A DNA stretch of 64,000 bases from Patescibacteria group bacterium (GTDB lineage: Bacteria; Patescibacteriota; Patescibacteriia; Buchananbacterales; UBA6539): the NCBI GenBank assembly GCA_041662625.1, contig JBAZSB010000003.1, positions 38,552 through 102,551 on the forward strand, given 5' to 3'. A program made the position numbers and the translations under genes. The stretch's first letter is position 1. Every line of letters starts with the position of its first letter. Below the pieces are notes generated by a model, which worked only from the letters and a program-made list of their open reading frames with translations, was not told the DNA's origin and made no database searches. This document shows, piece after piece, positions 39,101-48,628 of the stretch.

Positions 39101-40049
39101 TAATCAATATGCTATTGGTGTAGCTGGTTATACTTTAGCCTTAAAGGCTGGGCCATGGGTTTCATTTTTTTATGGTAATCCAGTAGGAAATGGAACTGCC
39201 ACTACGCCCGATACCGGTGCTTATGCTGCTTTTTCTCCAACGACAAATTATTTGGCCGGTAATGTTGGTATCGGCAAAACCGCACCTAGTCAGAAATTAG
39301 ACGTGGCGGGAAATATTAACGGCACTGGACTTTGTATTGGTGGTGATTGTAAGACAAGCTGGAGCCAAGTCGGCGGATCGGCTTGGACTGATAGTGGCAC
39401 GGCAATATATAACACGACTTTAACTGATAAGGTTGGCATTGGCACAGCCAATCCAGTTAATAAATTGGACGTCGCTGGCGATGTTGCTATTACGGGCAAA
39501 CATGCTTTGCGTGGCAATGACTCTTGGTTAAGATTAAATCAAGACGGTGCTTTCACTTCCGGCGTGCATACTCCAGGTGTCTTTGCACCAGGCAGTTTAA
39601 ATGTCGGTGGAGCAGGCGGTTGGGGTAACCCGGGTGCCGGAAATGTCTGGATAGCTGGTAACGTTGGTATTGGTACAGCGGCGCCGGCGGCAAAATTGGA
39701 TGTTAACGGTCAGGTTAAAATATCAGGTGGTAGTCCCGGGTTAAACAAGATTCTTACTTCAGACGCCTCCGGTTTAGCCACTTGGAAAACGCTGAACTTT
39801 TTAACCTGTAATTTAAATACCTCAACGTGGACAATGGATAATGGTTGTACGGTTGGTTTTCCGGGATCCTACAAAGAACCTTTCATAATGTATTGCCCAG
39901 CCGGTTATTTTGCGATGAGCGGTGGGGTTGATTGCGGCGTTAACGATACAGTTGGAATTAGTATTCCTTATAACGGTGGCTGGAAGATAGATTGCAGTGG
40001 TATTTATTATGCTGATAGTGGCGCTTTGACTTGCGTAAAATTACAATAA
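36186..40049 (+). CDS. large (1287 aa) secreted repeat protein with reiterated NVGIGT(A/T)xPxxKLDVxG motifs (phage tail-fibre-like) and Cys-containing C-terminal domain
   Basis: N-terminal TM/signal anchor. At least 12 copies of the GNVGIGT motif. C-terminus CPAGYFAMSGGVDCG...WKIDCSG. Confidence 0.6.
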   Translation: MKNRAILAKILPLISGLVTVVLVTFFIMAAWVWAASSWQGPTESPPQGNPSGFIQASPPSAQEARININGDAEVGNLIIKPTGSFIFGLEDPISSWPDLCAEISPNVCTGWSDALIELIGTGLWQKSGGTGPDIYYNTGDIGMGTENPGDDGQGRKNVHIYSNNGSRLIIDGAGSSALSAAFLDFVTRGDGTKTVNNVSTQGWNFMAYSNSYLTSNLKNDLRIRYYNGTVPTDVIHLTDTGNVGIGITAPDSFLHVETGDARGTLSAGYTTRALGRNSIALGKGIDVTGDNSIGIRLNTGQKDIAMVTNPGVMAILDGNVGIGTTAPTNKLEIQDSGRNSVSLSKISSDTADPENINLFVGFERFWNSVDDNPVIKGWNNRTGQPAALDLQGQNGGIVIVPSRLQVGIGAKALNPSSNTFFLVTDSGANSNRVAIEGDVYYGTAIKGASHYGWSGYFKSPDSSPSPSYKGVFIDKLCLGSETSCQTSWSGVGGNTWLVNNGNVYRNPSYGNVGIGTSAPYEEFVVQGAAGNPAFIAAAGGADEWQYSGVDLWNTGTNYGSASSPGNTLWRLTHRRSNSTVSPVEDSFQIHYKDSNNNWINPLTILPNGNVGIGTADPKSSLDITGNIKLNSNPANGGAQVQIESYYVTPTPAVQGKGFGGGFWVNEYYDPVADTMRRTRTGPSGVFNMKEDGHWRLTSSPSGAAGSDANVNAVLDLFIQNNGQVGIGTATLASGDKLTVAGNIKASGTICANNGSVCLGGSGSTGWTDGGTNVYLTTTSDNVGIGTASPSSKLDVAGGGISGNYGLIPNYASWNSYGTGDGGAGIYNDSGTFKKLMIVGNNSAGGAVPGGREVGIWDNLTVNGNTYVAGNVGIGKAPSSQKLDVAGNINGTGLCIGGDCKTSWSQVGGSAWTDSGTAIYNTTLTDNVGIGTASPSNKLDVVGFIEANGSSTIVNTSPPSADQVTGWKIGLWGNQYAIGVAGYTLALKAGPWVSFFYGNPVGNGTATTPDTGAYAAFSPTTNYLAGNVGIGKTAPSQKLDVAGNINGTGLCIGGDCKTSWSQVGGSAWTDSGTAIYNTTLTDKVGIGTANPVNKLDVAGDVAITGKHALRGNDSWLRLNQDGAFTSGVHTPGVFAPGSLNVGGAGGWGNPGAGNVWIAGNVGIGTAAPAAKLDVNGQVKISGGSPGLNKILTSDASGLATWKTLNFLTCNLNTSTWTMDNGCTVGFPGSYKEPFIMYCPAGYFAMSGGVDCGVNDTVGISIPYNGGWKIDCSGIYYADSGALTCVKLQ
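38829..39430. repeat. two identical 134-bp copies (38829-38962 and 39297-39430) inside the 36186 gene, 468 bp apart
   Basis: Identical stretch ttagacgtggcgggaaatattaacggcactggactttgtattggtggtgattgtaagacaagctggagccaagtcggcggatcggcttgg...tttaactgataa. It also shows up as two identical spurious minus-strand ORFs in the ORF track. Confidence 0.85.
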
Positions 40050-40145
40050 GACTTCCAAACATTTCTTTGGCTGTAATGGGACAACCTGGAAACAGTTAGA
40101 TAATTAAATCTGCTTAGATAATTTATTGTTTAAATAGTATATCGT

Positions 40146-41954
40146 ATGAGGTTAAAGTTTTTAGCCCTAAGCCTTACCTTTGGCATTATTAGTTTAGGCA
40201 TCGTTACTTTTGTTTTTGCCGTGGAAGCTCCCCCGGCGCCAGTTTGTGGTAACGGTGTTACCGAGGCGGGTGAAGAATGTGATGACGGTAATCATACTCT
40301 TACCGATTTATGTGACACTTTTGCCGAGGCGCCCAAAAGCAATGGTGAGTGCACCCTGACCTTTTGTGGTGATGGGGCGGTTCAATCGCCTAATGGCAGC
40401 GGGGTAAATCCGAATGAAAAGTGTGATGACCAAAATGAAGAAACAGCTTTGTGCACTAGCGAATGCGGTCAAAAAATGATGGGCTGGGCCTGGTCAAGTA
40501 CTTTTGGTTGGCTTTCTTTAAATGATGATAATTGTTTAATCAAATATCTTAATCCGGATTTACAAACTGAAAATCCAGATATTTGTCGTACCCAAACAAT
40601 TGATTATTATGTTCAAATTACGGCCAATAATGAAGTCGTGGGTTATGCCTGGTCGGATAATATCGGCTGGTTTTGCTTCGGCTCAAGGTGTACTGGTAAT
40701 CCATTACCGGGTGTTTCACCAAATACCTCTTTAATTATTGATCCCCAAGCGCCGGAGAGTCCCCAAGTGAAAGGTTGGGCCAAAGCTGAGGGTTTTGGTG
40801 ATAACGGTTGGTTTTCTCTAAATTGTGAAAATGATAGTTCTTGCGGTAATGTTGAATATCAAACCCTGTTAATTAAAAGTGATTTTGATGGTACTTGCAG
40901 TAAAACTGCCTCGGATTATTGTGTTAGTAACTCAGATTGTCCGGCTGGTGAAGAATGTTTTCGCGAGCAACGCTTCACTTTAAGTGGTTGGGCTTGGAAT
41001 GATAATATTGGCGCTCCAGGTTTAGGGTGGCTGCAATTTAATCCAGTTAGTGAAATTTCCCCTTGGCTGCAAACTGAATACGGTGATATTTATGCTTTAC
41101 GTGGCATTACTGGTGGACAAGCTCCCGGTTACAATGCTACTTACCGGATTTTAGCCAATGATACAATTGTTAATTTTTCTTCTGCCCGAGGAACTGATAG
41201 TTGGTGGGTTGATCGAGAATTTGGGCCTCTTAATTTCCCAATGCCCCAAACTCGCTATTCCAATGCCCTGGGTCAGCTGGATGTCAACGGTTTGATTTGT
41301 GATTTTACCTCAGGTGGCAATACTTGTGTTAATAAATACGGTAAGACCGTAGTTGATCTTAAACAGCAGCCTTTAGCCAGTCAGCAACTTTTGGGTGGCA
41401 AAATTTATTATCATGAAGGTGATTTGACTATTGGTAGCTCAGTGGAATTTTTGAATGGCTCTGGGTTTGATGATGGCTCCGGGACAATTATTATTAAAGG
41501 TAATTTAGTTATTAATTCTGATATTACCTATGACGATTCTGATGACTTGACTCGATTTAGAAACTTGGCTTCGGTGGCCTGGATTGTTCTGGGAGATTTA
41601 AAGATTTCTCCTAATGTTCCGGCCACCACTGGCGGAAAACTCGCCGGTAATTTTATTGTGATTGGCGCAGGGGAAAATAGTTGTAGCCCTGATCCTGATG
41701 TGGAAGTGGCAGGCTGCGGTCAAATCTATAGTTGCGGTAGTTTATCAGAATGTAATAAACGCTTAACCGTTTCTGGTTTAATGATGGCCCGAAAATTTTT
41801 CTTGAAACGAACTTTTACGGAAAAAGAAGAAACACCGATTCAGGGGTCAGAAATTATTATTTATGATGGTCGACTTTTAGCCAATACGCCGCCCGGGCTG
41901 GGTGATTTTGCCAAGGCTTTGCCAATTTGGCGGTCAGGAACTTTCTCTCGTTAA
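40146..41954 (+). CDS. secreted protein with two N-terminal Cys-rich repeats (CGNG/CGDG...ECDDGN type) and reiterated GW(A)W...GW motifs
   Basis: Signal peptide. Two CGxGVxExGEECDDGN-like repeats. Four GWAWSxxxGW(F/L)S-type repeats. Confidence 0.5.
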   Translation: MRLKFLALSLTFGIISLGIVTFVFAVEAPPAPVCGNGVTEAGEECDDGNHTLTDLCDTFAEAPKSNGECTLTFCGDGAVQSPNGSGVNPNEKCDDQNEETALCTSECGQKMMGWAWSSTFGWLSLNDDNCLIKYLNPDLQTENPDICRTQTIDYYVQITANNEVVGYAWSDNIGWFCFGSRCTGNPLPGVSPNTSLIIDPQAPESPQVKGWAKAEGFGDNGWFSLNCENDSSCGNVEYQTLLIKSDFDGTCSKTASDYCVSNSDCPAGEECFREQRFTLSGWAWNDNIGAPGLGWLQFNPVSEISPWLQTEYGDIYALRGITGGQAPGYNATYRILANDTIVNFSSARGTDSWWVDREFGPLNFPMPQTRYSNALGQLDVNGLICDFTSGGNTCVNKYGKTVVDLKQQPLASQQLLGGKIYYHEGDLTIGSSVEFLNGSGFDDGSGTIIIKGNLVINSDITYDDSDDLTRFRNLASVAWIVLGDLKISPNVPATTGGKLAGNFIVIGAGENSCSPDPDVEVAGCGQIYSCGSLSECNKRLTVSGLMMARKFFLKRTFTEKEETPIQGSEIIIYDGRLLANTPPGLGDFAKALPIWRSGTFSR

Positions 41955-42027
41955 AATTTTGCTTGCTGGTTAATTCCTAAAATCCCAAATTAGCGGATTA
42001 TCTTATCTTTATTATTCCCATAGCTTT

Positions 42028-43197
42028 ATGCCATTTTTTTCTTCTCCGCAAAGTTATTTAGGCGTTGATTTTGATGCTAAAAGTGTCAAGGTTGTTGAGT
42101 TGAGAAGCGAGGGTGGCCGGCCGCGACTAGTAACTTATGGCTATGTTGATAAAGATGTAGAAAAAAGTATTGCGGATAATGATCGTGGACAAAATTTAGA
42201 AACAGCTAAACTCATTAAACAAGTCTGCCAAAAGGCCAGAACGACTACCTCTAAAGCCATTACGGCCTTGCCGGCCTATTCGGTTTTTAGTTCAATTTTG
42301 AGCCTACCGGGTATGACCAAAAAAGATTTAGCCACGGCCGTTAAATGGGAAGCCAAAAAGGTAGTTCCCTTACCAATTGAAGAGATGATTTTAGACTGGA
42401 AAGTTTTGGAAGATTTTTCCGTCGGTCCACTGATAGCCGGAGTAAAAAAAGGAGAAGAAGAGCAAAAACCCGAAGATGGTAATGGCAACGAAGAAGTAAA
42501 TACTGAGGAAGCTCGTCCGAAAGGGTTTTTAAAAATCAATCCTAAAGCTAAAAAGAGTTATACCAAAATATTACTAACCGCCGCTCCTAAAGATTTAGTC
42601 AAGCGTTATATTGAGATTTTCAAAGCGGCAGATTTGAATTTATTAAGTTTAGATACGGAAGCCTTTGCTCTGATCCGGTCGCTGGTGGGGAGTGATAAGT
42701 CAGCTTTGATGATTGTTGATATTGGTTCAGTTGTTACTAGTATTTCGATTGTTGTCAACGGGATTCCTATTTTGAATCGGAGTATTGATGTTGGTGGTTT
42801 AACAATCACCAAATCAATTGCCAATAGCTTAAATGTCAGTTTGGATCGAGCCGAGCAGTTTAAATATGATATTGGGATGAATCCCCAGCGCGTCGGACAG
42901 GGGAGTGTGCCTAAAACAATTGAGATGACGTTGGGTCCAATTGTTGATGAATTAAGGTACAGTTTAAATCTTTATAAAAATCAGGGTCAAAAAGACATTG
43001 AGAAAGTAATTTTAACTGGTGGCTCATCACTTCTTTTGAATTTACCGGAATATTTAGCAAATTTATTAGGCTTGCGGGTCTTTCTGGGTGATCCTTGGGC
43101 GCGGGTAGTTTATCCGGAAGAATTAAAACCCGTTTTAGATGAGATTGGTGCCCGTTATTCAGTCGCCATCGGTTTAGCGATGAGGGACATCTCATAA
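42028..43197 (+). CDS. pilM: type IV pilus assembly protein PilM (actin-like ATPase fold)
   Basis: N-terminal YLGVDFDAKSVKVVEL. Domain pattern of PilM/FtsA-like proteins. First gene of the pil operon. Confidence 0.7.
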   Translation: MPFFSSPQSYLGVDFDAKSVKVVELRSEGGRPRLVTYGYVDKDVEKSIADNDRGQNLETAKLIKQVCQKARTTTSKAITALPAYSVFSSILSLPGMTKKDLATAVKWEAKKVVPLPIEEMILDWKVLEDFSVGPLIAGVKKGEEEQKPEDGNGNEEVNTEEARPKGFLKINPKAKKSYTKILLTAAPKDLVKRYIEIFKAADLNLLSLDTEAFALIRSLVGSDKSALMIVDIGSVVTSISIVVNGIPILNRSIDVGGLTITKSIANSLNVSLDRAEQFKYDIGMNPQRVGQGSVPKTIEMTLGPIVDELRYSLNLYKNQGQKDIEKVILTGGSSLLLNLPEYLANLLGLRVFLGDPWARVVYPEELKPVLDEIGARYSVAIGLAMRDIS

Positions 43198-43222
43198 TAA
43201 TTATAAATTATAAATTAAATTT

Positions 43223-44353
43223 GTGCCTGAGATTAATTTACTGCCTGATGAATTGAGAGGTAAAGAGAATAAAGAGTTAAAATCGGCTCAAAAAAAGCCG
43301 AGTGAGTTTAAAGTTGAAATGGCAAGTCCGGCTAAAGAGAAAGCTACCCCACCGTTAAAAGAGTTTAAACCTTCACTTTTAAGTCGTCTTTTTGCTAAAA
43401 AGTTGGAGCCAGCTCAGACCCCGACTGCTTCCCCTTCGGAATCATTTGAAGGAGAAGCAAGACAAGCTAAAGAAGCACTGAAGCAAGAAGAAGAAAAAGT
43501 ATTGCATCTTCCTCAAATGGAAGAAGCCGAAGTTGATTTGTCTGCAGCGCCGCCCTCTTTCCAAGCTAGTAGTAATTTGGAACAAAAAAATAAAAGTCAG
43601 GATGTTGATAGCGAAAGAATAAAATCCCGAGTTTCGCCGCCGCTCTTTAAAACCACTGCTGAAGTGGCTAAACCTCCTCAGCTGCAGAAGGAATCCAATT
43701 TTTTTGATAAATTATTTTTTTGGCGTCACAAGAAAAAAATTAAGCCGGCTAAAAGCTTCGCTAAAGAAACAGTTTTAGATGTTAATTTAATCCCAGCTGA
43801 TTTAGCTAAACAGCCAGAAGCTGAATTATCTAATAAGTTATTCACGAGCGGGATAGTAGTCCTAATTTTTATTTTATTAGTCACGGCAGTTTATTTAGGT
43901 ATTAGTTGGTATCAACTCAGAGTCGTCAGACAGATTGGGGATGTCGAAGCCAAAATTGCCAGCCTGGATCAAGAAATTGCCCAGTATGAAAAAGATAAAT
44001 CATTGGCTTTGGATTTACAACAGCGTTTAGATTTAATTCATCAGCTTCTTAATGATCATATCTATTGGACTAAATTTTTTGGTCTTTTGGAGAAATATAC
44101 AATTAGTGAAGTTTACTATTCTAATTTTTCGATGACTGGTAAAGATAAATTAATTCTTTCGGCGATTGGGAAAGATTATGAATCAGTGGCTAAGCAATTA
44201 GTGGCTTTTCAGCAAGCTACTGATTTTATTAAAAGTGTTAAAATTGATGCCGCCTCAGCTCAATTTGATCCCGAAGAGCTCGCTTATTTAGGTGTAAAAT
44301 TTAATATTAGCTTAGAATTTTTACCCGATGTATTTTTGAAACCCGATAAATAA
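43223..44353 (+). CDS. pilN: PilN-like bitopic protein with extended charged N-terminal region
   Basis: Single TM helix (IVVLIFILLVTAVYLGISWY) followed by a coiled-coil periplasmic part. Position after pilM. Confidence 0.45.
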   Translation: MPEINLLPDELRGKENKELKSAQKKPSEFKVEMASPAKEKATPPLKEFKPSLLSRLFAKKLEPAQTPTASPSESFEGEARQAKEALKQEEEKVLHLPQMEEAEVDLSAAPPSFQASSNLEQKNKSQDVDSERIKSRVSPPLFKTTAEVAKPPQLQKESNFFDKLFFWRHKKKIKPAKSFAKETVLDVNLIPADLAKQPEAELSNKLFTSGIVVLIFILLVTAVYLGISWYQLRVVRQIGDVEAKIASLDQEIAQYEKDKSLALDLQQRLDLIHQLLNDHIYWTKFFGLLEKYTISEVYYSNFSMTGKDKLILSAIGKDYESVAKQLVAFQQATDFIKSVKIDAASAQFDPEELAYLGVKFNISLEFLPDVFLKPDK

Positions 44354-44374
44354 CCAATCTAATTAAGATATAGT

Positions 44375-45007
44375 ATGGCTGACGCCAAAGAAGTTAAAAA
44401 GGACAAAAAGAGAAATCCAGCTTTAATGCTGGCATTAATTCGGTATCATAAATTGATTACGGCTCTTTTAGTAATTTTGATAATTTTTTTGAGTTATCAA
44501 TTTATTCTTGAGCCAAAATATCAGCAAGTTAGTCTTGGCGGTCGATATAATTTAGCGACTTTGGAAGAAGAATTGAATAAACGAGAAACTTATTTAAATA
44601 GTTTGAAAGAATTAGCTGGAAATTATCAAAAAATTAGCCAGGAGCAGGTTGAAAATTTAAAAAAGATTTTACCAGCAGAAAAAGATATTCCGTCCCTTTT
44701 CGTTCAACTTCAAGCCTTAACGGAACAACATAATTTGATACTGGCGACAATTAGTATTAATGAAATTTCCGAGGCATCTTCGACCAAAAAAAGTAAAGTC
44801 CAAGAGGAGACGCCACCTGCTCCAGGAATCAAAAAATTGGATATTAGTTTAAATTTGATTGGTAAGGAGGGGGGAAATAACTATTTGGCAGTTAAAGAAT
44901 TTCTTACTACTTTAGAAAGTAATTTGCGGCTGTTTGATGTTAACTCAGTTTATTTTAGTCCGACATCAGCAAATTATTCAATTAATCTTTTTACCTATTA
45001 TTATTAG
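44375..45007 (+). CDS. pilO: PilO-like bitopic protein
   Basis: N-terminal TM helix then coiled-coil. Size and gene order match PilO. Confidence 0.45.
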   Translation: MADAKEVKKDKKRNPALMLALIRYHKLITALLVILIIFLSYQFILEPKYQQVSLGGRYNLATLEEELNKRETYLNSLKELAGNYQKISQEQVENLKKILPAEKDIPSLFVQLQALTEQHNLILATISINEISEASSTKKSKVQEETPPAPGIKKLDISLNLIGKEGGNNYLAVKEFLTTLESNLRLFDVNSVYFSPTSANYSINLFTYYY

Positions 45008-45019
45008 TCACTCTAGTTT

Positions 45020-45325
45020 ATGTTAGTGCAAAAGAAAATGAGGGGAGCAAAAAGAAAAATCATGATTGTGGTGGTTATTGGTGTAATTTTAGTAATTAGT
45101 TATCTGTTTTTCAATAGTTTTATCGCCGGAAAAATTCAAATTTTTAAACCTTTAGAAGTAGAACCCATAAAGAAGCTAACTGTTCCTGATTTGAACCCCA
45201 AGTTTGATTATGATTTTTTGACCAAAACACCTTATACTGAATTAAAAATGTCCTCGCGAGCTAAACTGCCAGTTGAGGTCGATAAAATTGGGAGAGAAAA
45301 TCCATTTGCGGAAATCAAATTTTAA
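45020..45325 (+). CDS. small membrane-anchored protein (PilP-like position)
   Basis: N-terminal TM helix; 101 aa; between pilO and pilB. Confidence 0.35.
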   Translation: MLVQKKMRGAKRKIMIVVVIGVILVISYLFFNSFIAGKIQIFKPLEVEPIKKLTVPDLNPKFDYDFLTKTPYTELKMSSRAKLPVEVDKIGRENPFAEIKF

Positions 45326-45365
45326 GATCAGGAAATTGACCCTAATTTAACTATCACTCATTCTC

Positions 45366-47096
45366 ATGTATAAAAATCAGGATCAACTAATCCAAGAATT
45401 GATTACGGAAAATTTATTAACTAAAGAACAAGCGGCCGACTTGCAGAGCCGAACTTTAGAAGCGGGGAAAACTCCCGAAGAATTGATTATTCGAGAGAAT
45501 TTAGTTAATGAAGATAAATTGACCCAAGTTAAAGCTAAACTTTTGAATATTCCTATTGCTGATTTGGAAGGCAAACAATTATCTCGTAAGATATTGAATT
45601 TGATTCCCCAGGAAGTAGCAGAAAATTATCAAATGGTCCCTTTCGAAAAAGTAGATAATGAAATTAAAGTCGGTTTAGTTAATCCCCAAAATTTTAAAGC
45701 GGTTGAGGCCGTTGAGTTTTTGGCCCAAAAGGCGGAATTAAAAGTCAAATATTTTCTTATCTCCCAAAGTAGTTTTTTATCCGCTTTCGGTCAGTATCAG
45801 GTTTTAGGTGAGGAGGTAAAACAAGCGCTGAAAGGTGTCAGTGAAGATTCAATGATGTCGGGGGCAGACAAAAAAGATCTTAAGGAGATGGAAGAAGTTA
45901 TTAAGAGTGCCCCGGTTTCTAAAATGGTTTTGGTAATCATTCGCCATGCCATTGACGGACGAGCTTCTGACATTCATATTGAGCCAACGGTTACTGATAC
46001 CAAAGTTCGTTATCGGATTGATGGAATTTTGCGGACCTCACTAGTTTTACCTAAATATATTCATGCCGCAATTGTAGCGCGGATTAAGGTTTTGGCTAAT
46101 TTAAAGCTTGATGAAACTCGTAAACCGCAGGATGGTCGAATCCGATTAACTATTGCTGGTCGGGATATTGATTTTCGAGTTTCAACCCTGCCTTTATTTG
46201 AGGGTGAAAAAGTAGTTTTGAGAATTTTGGATACGACCGCTCAGATTCCCGGCCTGGAGCAGTTAGGTTTTAATCCAATTTATATTGATTTAATTAAGGA
46301 ATCAATTAAAAAACCTCATGGTTTAATTTTACTTACCGGGCCAACCGGTTCGGGTAAAACCACAACTTTGTATACCATTTTGACCATGTTGAATCAGGAA
46401 GGAATTAATATTATCACTTTGGAAGATCCAATCGAATATTATATTGATGGTGTTAACCAATCACAAATTAGACCAGAGATTGATTATACCTTTGCCTCAG
46501 GCCTGCGGGCAATTTTAAGGCAGGATCCAAACGTGGTAATGCTTGGTGAAATTCGTGACAAGGAAACAACCGAATTAGTAATCCATGCCAGCCTGACTGG
46601 TCATATGATTCTTTCCACTTTGCATACTAATAGTGCTATTGGCGCCATTCCTCGCTTGATTGATCTAGGGGCAGAGCCATTTTTACTTTCCTCGGTAATA
46701 AATTTAATCATTGCCCAAAGATTGGCTAGAAAGATTTGTCCCGATTGTAAGAAAGAAGTTAAGGTTCCACCCTTGTTGCTTAAAAAAGCCAAGGAGAATT
46801 TAGCTGGCATCCCTGCTAAATATTTAGAAGGTGTCGACGTAGCTAATCCGGTATTTTTTAAAGGTGAAGGCTGTGCCCACTGTGGTAACTTAGGTTATCA
46901 AGGCCGGGTGGCAGTGGCAGAAGTTATCACTATTACTCCAGAGCTACGGGAAATTATCAATCAAGGTGGTGATACTACGGCAATCAGAAAAGCCTTGGTG
47001 AGCCAAGATTTTATTACTATAGCGCAGGATTGTCTTATTCGAGCTTTGAAAGGCATTACTACAATTGATGAAGTCGTTAGGATTTCTCAGCTTTAA
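45366..47096 (+). CDS. pilB: type IV pilus assembly ATPase PilB (GspE family)
   Basis: T2SSE_N domain; Walker A LLTGPTGSGKTTTLY; Asp/His boxes (MLGEIRD, STLHTN); tetracysteine CPDC...CAHC. Confidence 0.85.
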   Translation: MYKNQDQLIQELITENLLTKEQAADLQSRTLEAGKTPEELIIRENLVNEDKLTQVKAKLLNIPIADLEGKQLSRKILNLIPQEVAENYQMVPFEKVDNEIKVGLVNPQNFKAVEAVEFLAQKAELKVKYFLISQSSFLSAFGQYQVLGEEVKQALKGVSEDSMMSGADKKDLKEMEEVIKSAPVSKMVLVIIRHAIDGRASDIHIEPTVTDTKVRYRIDGILRTSLVLPKYIHAAIVARIKVLANLKLDETRKPQDGRIRLTIAGRDIDFRVSTLPLFEGEKVVLRILDTTAQIPGLEQLGFNPIYIDLIKESIKKPHGLILLTGPTGSGKTTTLYTILTMLNQEGINIITLEDPIEYYIDGVNQSQIRPEIDYTFASGLRAILRQDPNVVMLGEIRDKETTELVIHASLTGHMILSTLHTNSAIGAIPRLIDLGAEPFLLSSVINLIIAQRLARKICPDCKKEVKVPPLLLKKAKENLAGIPAKYLEGVDVANPVFFKGEGCAHCGNLGYQGRVAVAEVITITPELREIINQGGDTTAIRKALVSQDFITIAQDCLIRALKGITTIDEVVRISQL

Positions 47097-47129
47097 TCCT
47101 TAATGTTTAAAAATTAATAATTTAAAATT

Positions 47130-47507
47130 ATGGCAAAAAAGAAACTTATTCTCCTAGTGGAAGATGATGAATTTTTAGCTGAGCTTTATGCAACTAAACT
47201 TAATTTAGAGGGATATGAAGTGGCTTTGGCTACTGATGGTGAAAAAGGTCTGAAAATGGTCAAAGAAAAAATGCCTGATTTGATTTTGCTTGATATCATT
47301 TTGCCAAAAATGGATGGTTTTGAAATTTTAAAAAATATCAAGGCCGATAAGGCCCTGCGGAATTTACCTGTCATCCTATTGACTAATTTAAGCCAAAAAG
47401 ATGAAATTAAGAAAGGTTTAGACCTTGGGGCTAATGATTATTTAATCAAAGCTCATTTTATGCCTTCTGAGGTAGTTAAAAAAATAAAGAAAACAATTGG
47501 CGGCTAA
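47130..47507 (+). CDS. single-domain CheY-like response regulator (PilH/PilG-like)
   Basis: LLVEDDEF acidic pocket, phospho-acceptor LLDIILPKMDG, conserved T and K positions. Confidence 0.7.
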   Translation: MAKKKLILLVEDDEFLAELYATKLNLEGYEVALATDGEKGLKMVKEKMPDLILLDIILPKMDGFEILKNIKADKALRNLPVILLTNLSQKDEIKKGLDLGANDYLIKAHFMPSEVVKKIKKTIGG

Positions 47508-48591
47508 TCTAAAAAATATGGAAGCTTCACTTACTATTATTCTCAATCGTATTTTGACCGCCGCGGCTAAACGGCGGGCCTTAAACGTCCATTTGGCGGT
47601 CGGGTCTTATCCAGTTTTTCGAATTGATGATGATTTAGTTGAATTGACTGATGAAGCAGTGGTTACTTCTGATTTTATTAAAAAAATAGCTGATGATTGG
47701 TTGGATAGTGAGCAGCAGAAAAAATTGAAAGAAGAGAAAGAAATTATTTTTGTTAAAGAAATTAGTAAAAATTTTCGGGTGAAAGTCAATTTCTTTTTTC
47801 AAAAAAATCTTCTGTCAATTTCTTTGCGGTTGATTCCAGCTCGGATTCCACCTTTAGTTAGTTTAGGTTTACCCAAAGCCATTTATAGTTTAACGGATAA
47901 AAAATCAGGCCTAATTATCGTCACTGGCCCTTATGGCTCGGGTCGGACAACGACGGTGGCTTCAATGGTTGAGGAAATTAATAATAGCCGGAAAGAAAAT
48001 ATTATTACTATCGAAAAGCCAATTGAGTATATTTTTGTTAATAATAAAAGTTTAATTGAACAACGAGAAGTTGGCACTGATGTTAATTCTTTCAGCAATG
48101 CCTTGGAATATGCTCAACAAGCTGATGTTGATTTAATTGTGGTTGGCGCCACCCCTGATCCGGGAATTATTCCTTTAGTCTTAGAATTTGCTAATTCTGG
48201 TCGCTTAGCTTTTTTAGTGATGGATACGACTTCAGTCGTTCAGACAGTGGAAGAAATCTTTGCTAGCTTTAGCGGGGATGAAAAATCCCGTGGCCAGCTT
48301 TTACTTTCTGGAAGTTTGCTTGCTATTATTGCTCAACGTTTAGTGCCAAAAGCAGGGGGTGGCTTAGTTTTGGCTGCTGAAGTTTTAATGGCAACCGAGT
48401 CAGTTCGGTCCCTGATTGCCGAAAATCGGATTAAACAACTAACTACGGTGCTTCAGACTTCACGGGCCGAGGGAATGTTGAGTTTAGATCAATCACTGGC
48501 GGAATTAGTTAAATCCGGTGAAGTGTTAATCGATAAAGCAATTGAATATGCCGCTGATCCTGAAAATTTTCGGTCCAGATCAAAATCTTAG
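47497..48591 (+). CDS. PilT-like retraction ATPase paralog with degenerate catalytic motifs
   Basis: PilT-type N-domain and overall layout. Walker A reads GPYGSGRTT (Lys to Arg), Walker B ...DLIVVGATPD lacks the catalytic Glu, and the His box is lost (LAFLVMDTTS). Confidence 0.6.
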   Translation: MAANLKNMEASLTIILNRILTAAAKRRALNVHLAVGSYPVFRIDDDLVELTDEAVVTSDFIKKIADDWLDSEQQKKLKEEKEIIFVKEISKNFRVKVNFFFQKNLLSISLRLIPARIPPLVSLGLPKAIYSLTDKKSGLIIVTGPYGSGRTTTVASMVEEINNSRKENIITIEKPIEYIFVNNKSLIEQREVGTDVNSFSNALEYAQQADVDLIVVGATPDPGIIPLVLEFANSGRLAFLVMDTTSVVQTVEEIFASFSGDEKSRGQLLLSGSLLAIIAQRLVPKAGGGLVLAAEVLMATESVRSLIAENRIKQLTTVLQTSRAEGMLSLDQSLAELVKSGEVLIDKAIEYAADPENFRSRSKS

Positions 48592-48628
48592 CTTCTAGAC
48601 TTAGTTACTAAAAGCCATAAGCTACTTT

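Noticed and set aside
38780-39517. Two identical 75-86-aa minus-strand ORFs
   Set aside because: They are antisense artefacts of the 134-bp duplicated segment inside the 36186 gene.
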